Of a stretch of 29,606 bases of DNA, positions 26,694-29,606 are shown in pieces. The stretch spans positions 1-29,606 of IMG/VR virus record IMGVR_UViG_3300049999_000407. One strand, written 5' to 3'. Both the position numbers and the translations under genes were made by a program. Source of the DNA: a virus (Duplodnaviria; Caudoviricetes). Below the pieces are notes generated by a model. It did no database searches. It saw only the letters and a list, made by a program, of their open reading frames with translations, and was not told where the DNA came from. How positions within the stretch are numbered: position 1 is the stretch's first letter; every line of letters begins with the position of its first letter.

Positions 26694-28086
26694 CAGTCGG
26701 CACCCACTGGTTATTGATAAGCTTCAGTGTTTTCCCCGTTTTTGGGTCTACTGCTGTTTTCGGGGTAGACTCTCCGGGCTGCGAAGAACCTCCGGCGAGC
26801 CCTGACCCATCTTTTTTAAGTTTTCTGAAGAATTCGGCGCCCCATTGTTCTAGGGCTTCCTGGCCTTCACCATTCACCTGCATTGCGTAGTACGCTTGAC
26901 TACCCATGAAGTCCGTCACTTCTGTTTTATACTTGTCAAGTACATGTTGGTCAGCCTGAACGCCATATAGCTTCGCTTGCGCCGTGACTTTCTTAACGTT
27001 CGCCTTGTTAAGAGCTATACCGATAGCATTTACCGGGTCCGCCCAAGCGTCAACGTTGCTTCTAAAGTCCCCCCAATCTTTCCCTCGTATAGTCGGGTTC
27101 TCCATATCGAACTCCCCGTCTTCTCCTTTTACAACTACCATGATAGACCCATCATCGTTCTTAACTATTTTCTCGTTCCCTATTACTCCATCTTCAGCAT
27201 CAATCACCTTTTGCGCGGCGCTAAAGTTCCCGGCGCTGCTACTCCGCAGCCCTTTAGATAGCTCGAGTTTGAACGTTCCCGCGTCCGTCATGAGATTATT
27301 TAGTTCTCCCTCGTTCATGGTCTTCAGCATTTGAGCTATTTCAGGAGACCCTGAGGTGTTGAGGTTGTTCGCTAACCAGGATTGGGCCGAGCCCTTTTCT
27401 TCGAACATCCCGTCCTCTTTTGCCCTGTGGAATTCGAGTAGTGCGCTGTTGTTATACGACTGTATTTGATTGACCTGCGACTGCAGTGCAGCCTTCTCTA
27501 CTTGTTGCTCGTAACTCAGGTCCTTGCTGTCTCCCTCGAGCTCAGTTAGTCTTGCCTTAGCGCGCCCTTGGTCAACGTTGGCAGGGTGTAGTTCGGCGTC
27601 CTGCGCTGTTTTCTGTGTTTGGGCGGCTACCTGAGCGGCAGTCAGTTCTAGTTGCCCCGGGAGCCGATCATCTCTGGATTTGGTTTGCGACGTCTTATCC
27701 ACAATATCTGCTTGCGCTTTCGTATTCTTTAAACCGGCCGCTGCTACCTTATCGGCTTGTGTCTGTTCTGCAAGATCGCTCGCTAGTTTTTTTGTCCTAA
27801 GATCAGCGCGGAGACCCCTTTGGCTGAGGGCTTTATCTGTGTCACCCCACTTGTTGTACATGGTTTCCATCTGGTCGTACTGAAGCCCGCGTAGCTCGTC
27901 GCCTTTAACCGCGTGGTCGTATGTCTTACCCCCGTAGCTCCAGGATTTTCCATCTTCGCCTTCTATAACTTCTTCATTCATGATGTCACGAGACCTAAGA
28001 CCTTGCCGTACTCCCTTAACCGCATCGAACGTGGAAGAAAAAGCATCTCCGAACGCGCTACCTGCGTTTCTTCTATTCCTAGCCAT
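26686..28086 (-). CDS. Putative internal virion / DNA ejection protein
   Basis: Ala/Gln-rich coiled-coil protein; translationally coupled between the pilot-like gene and the giant gene. Confidence 0.65.
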   Translation of the reverse strand: MARNRRNAGSAFGDAFSSTFDAVKGVRQGLRSRDIMNEEVIEGEDGKSWSYGGKTYDHAVKGDELRGLQYDQMETMYNKWGDTDKALSQRGLRADLRTKKLASDLAEQTQADKVAAAGLKNTKAQADIVDKTSQTKSRDDRLPGQLELTAAQVAAQTQKTAQDAELHPANVDQGRAKARLTELEGDSKDLSYEQQVEKAALQSQVNQIQSYNNSALLEFHRAKEDGMFEEKGSAQSWLANNLNTSGSPEIAQMLKTMNEGELNNLMTDAGTFKLELSKGLRSSSAGNFSAAQKVIDAEDGVIGNEKIVKNDDGSIMVVVKGEDGEFDMENPTIRGKDWGDFRSNVDAWADPVNAIGIALNKANVKKVTAQAKLYGVQADQHVLDKYKTEVTDFMGSQAYYAMQVNGEGQEALEQWGAEFFRKLKKDGSGLAGGSSQPGESTPKTAVDPKTGKTLKLINNQWVPTDA

Positions 28087-29114
28087 TAGTGTATCTCCTT
28101 CATTTCTAGCCCGAGCATATCGTAGTTAACTGTTAAGAACCCTTGCTCTTCTCCAACTGCTTCAGGGTAGAGTTCCTGTACCTCATTAGCCATCACGCCA
28201 ACGAACCTACGTTCATCCCATTTGTAGTTAAACTCGTATAGGTTCAGTCCTGTCTTCTCATCTTTTCCGACTTTCTCAACGTTGTCTTTCAGCCTAGGGT
28301 CGGAGGCAGTCATAAGCCCTGCGACACCGCCCATAAGTCCACCTGCGGCCCCGGCGTAGTCAGCGAAGCTAGTGGCATTATCGTTCTGGTTCATCATGTA
28401 AGAAGTCTGATTGTTTAGAACGTTAGACAGCCCTTGGATCTGCATGTTCTGCCCTGCCCCTATCGTAGATGATCCCATACCCATTCCCGACATTCTATTA
28501 AGCCCAGCTGATTGGAAGCTACCACCTGCTGCATTTCCGGCGTTTACTGCGCTACCGTAAGCTGCTGTAGAAGAACCCGATAAGTTACGACCTAACCCAG
28601 CTGCATCGAGTTTGCGCGCGTACCCTAATTGTTGCGCTTGGGCTCTTGTTCCCGTCATAGCCCCGGCTCTAGTAGCTGCTTGTGATAACCCTGCTTGCTG
28701 CGTCATCCCCATGTACCTTCCCGAGGCGGGGTTCACACCCATTGAGGCCATGGCCCGTTCGTTCGCCTGTCGCGTTCGGTTAAATGCTAACCCTGTGTCG
28801 GCTGCAGCTTTCGTTGCTAGCGCATTTCTATAGGCATCTGTGTCAAAACTCTGTGCATCAGCGACAAGGCCTTTCTCCACTGGGCGGTACGTATCCTTTA
28901 AGTAGGAGTAGTACTCTTTCCCTTGTTGCATCTGCTGCGCCATACTATCTTTCTGCGCCGTTCCGATCTCCTGTAAAAGAGGAGCATTTTCTTCGTACTG
29001 TTTTTTGGAAAACGCTAACTGGTCACGCCCCAAACCCTCCATCAACTGTGCGGATCCTTTACTAGCATTCGCTAGATCAGAATAGTCGGGTGCTGCTGTA
29101 TTTTTTTTACTCAT
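28086..29114 (-). CDS. Putative pilot/ejection protein with C-terminal peptidase S74 intramolecular chaperone domain
   Basis: Gly/Ala/Gln-rich body; SDPRLKDNV...YEFNY...GVMANEV...PEAV...VNYDML. Confidence 0.8.
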   Translation of the reverse strand: MSKKNTAAPDYSDLANASKGSAQLMEGLGRDQLAFSKKQYEENAPLLQEIGTAQKDSMAQQMQQGKEYYSYLKDTYRPVEKGLVADAQSFDTDAYRNALATKAAADTGLAFNRTRQANERAMASMGVNPASGRYMGMTQQAGLSQAATRAGAMTGTRAQAQQLGYARKLDAAGLGRNLSGSSTAAYGSAVNAGNAAGGSFQSAGLNRMSGMGMGSSTIGAGQNMQIQGLSNVLNNQTSYMMNQNDNATSFADYAGAAGGLMGGVAGLMTASDPRLKDNVEKVGKDEKTGLNLYEFNYKWDERRFVGVMANEVQELYPEAVGEEQGFLTVNYDMLGLEMKEIH

Positions 29115-29535
29115 TTCCTTTTCCTCTGCGATAGTTTTCAGGCCACAAAACCAAAATTACCATGTCTTGTCCTTCCGATCCTGCTTGCTTCATAACGCCT
29201 TCCTCTGTAAATCCAATGTGTTTATCTAAGTTTAATGCTTTAATGTTGTCTGCCTCAACTAGCCCTGTTAACCTCTTTAGCCCACATACGGTAAACGCAT
29301 AGTGAGCCGCATGGTCCAGTAGCGCCGAAAACGATCTGTTAACTTTAGCAACCGCAATATGCGCTGTCGCGTTGCAAGCATTAAAGTTATTAAAAACGAC
29401 CCCACTAGTAAATTCTCCGTTCACTTCCACGCCCATAGCGTAAAATGACCCCCACGTCGCCGTCTGGCTAACCTGGTCTGCAACCCACTCGCCTACCCGA
29501 TCTTTATCGTCGAAGACTAAATTAGTTTTACTCAT
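29107..29535 (-). CDS. GNAT-fold acetyltransferase of the virion operon
   Basis: RLTGLVEADNIKALNLDKHIGFTEEG (RimJ/RimL-like motif); start is 29535 or 29559. Confidence 0.8.
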   Translation of the reverse strand: MSKTNLVFDDKDRVGEWVADQVSQTATWGSFYAMGVEVNGEFTSGVVFNNFNACNATAHIAVAKVNRSFSALLDHAAHYAFTVCGLKRLTGLVEADNIKALNLDKHIGFTEEGVMKQAGSEGQDMVILVLWPENYRRGKGNE

Positions 29536-29606
29536 CTTCCTGCGTACCCAATTATTCATTCATTCTTTTAAGGGAATATAGTTTGAGTGAAGTACCCTAT
29601 CATCCC

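Larger units (their letters stand above)
1..29606. mobile_element. Bacteriophage genome segment (Caudoviricetes, podovirus-like): early and replication arm on +, virion/ejection arm on -
   Basis: Dense overlapping genes with strong SD sites; phage-type PolA, VRR-NUC, SNF2 helicase, DUF927 primase-helicase, S74 domain and giant virion protein; no housekeeping genes. Confidence 0.95.

Noticed and set aside
29560-29606. Possible 3' end of an upstream minus-strand gene (...DDRVLHSNYIPLKE*)
   Set aside because: Only about 15 codons are visible; the frame cannot be verified
1-29606. Stop-codon reassignment or strong restriction-site avoidance
   Set aside because: Genes are intact in the standard code using all three stops; GATC, CTAG, GGCC and GAATTC all occur; subtler bias would need k-mer counting

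Overview
This window is a 29.6-kb segment of a tailed dsDNA bacteriophage genome, probably podovirus-like, with two convergent gene blocks. The + strand block (1-18816) begins with small early genes and a Nudix hydrolase. It continues with a MoxR-type AAA+ ATPase, a helical partner and an HExxH-VWA protein, a possible Nmad5-like protein, a MarR-type regulator and a stand-alone sigma70 region-4 protein. A replication module follows: family A DNA polymerase (Leu762 type), Cas4-like PD-(D/E)xK nuclease, VRR-NUC, small HNH protein, DUF3310, SNF2-like helicase, AlpA-type HTH, putative SSB and an AEP/DUF927 primase-helicase. The - strand block (19053-29606) is the end of a virion operon: a GNAT protein, two probable ejection proteins (one with a peptidase S74 chaperone domain) and a 2546-aa polyvalent-type protein with zincin-like and PLxRFG motifs. 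Structure not explained by the ORF track includes a shared TGT-NN-RCACR motif in four intergenic spacers, duplicated RBS/stop/start junctions flanking small gene cassettes and minigenes, and several unlisted small ORFs. I saw no integrase, tRNA, CRISPR array or lysis genes. All family calls come from motif recognition by eye, not database searches.
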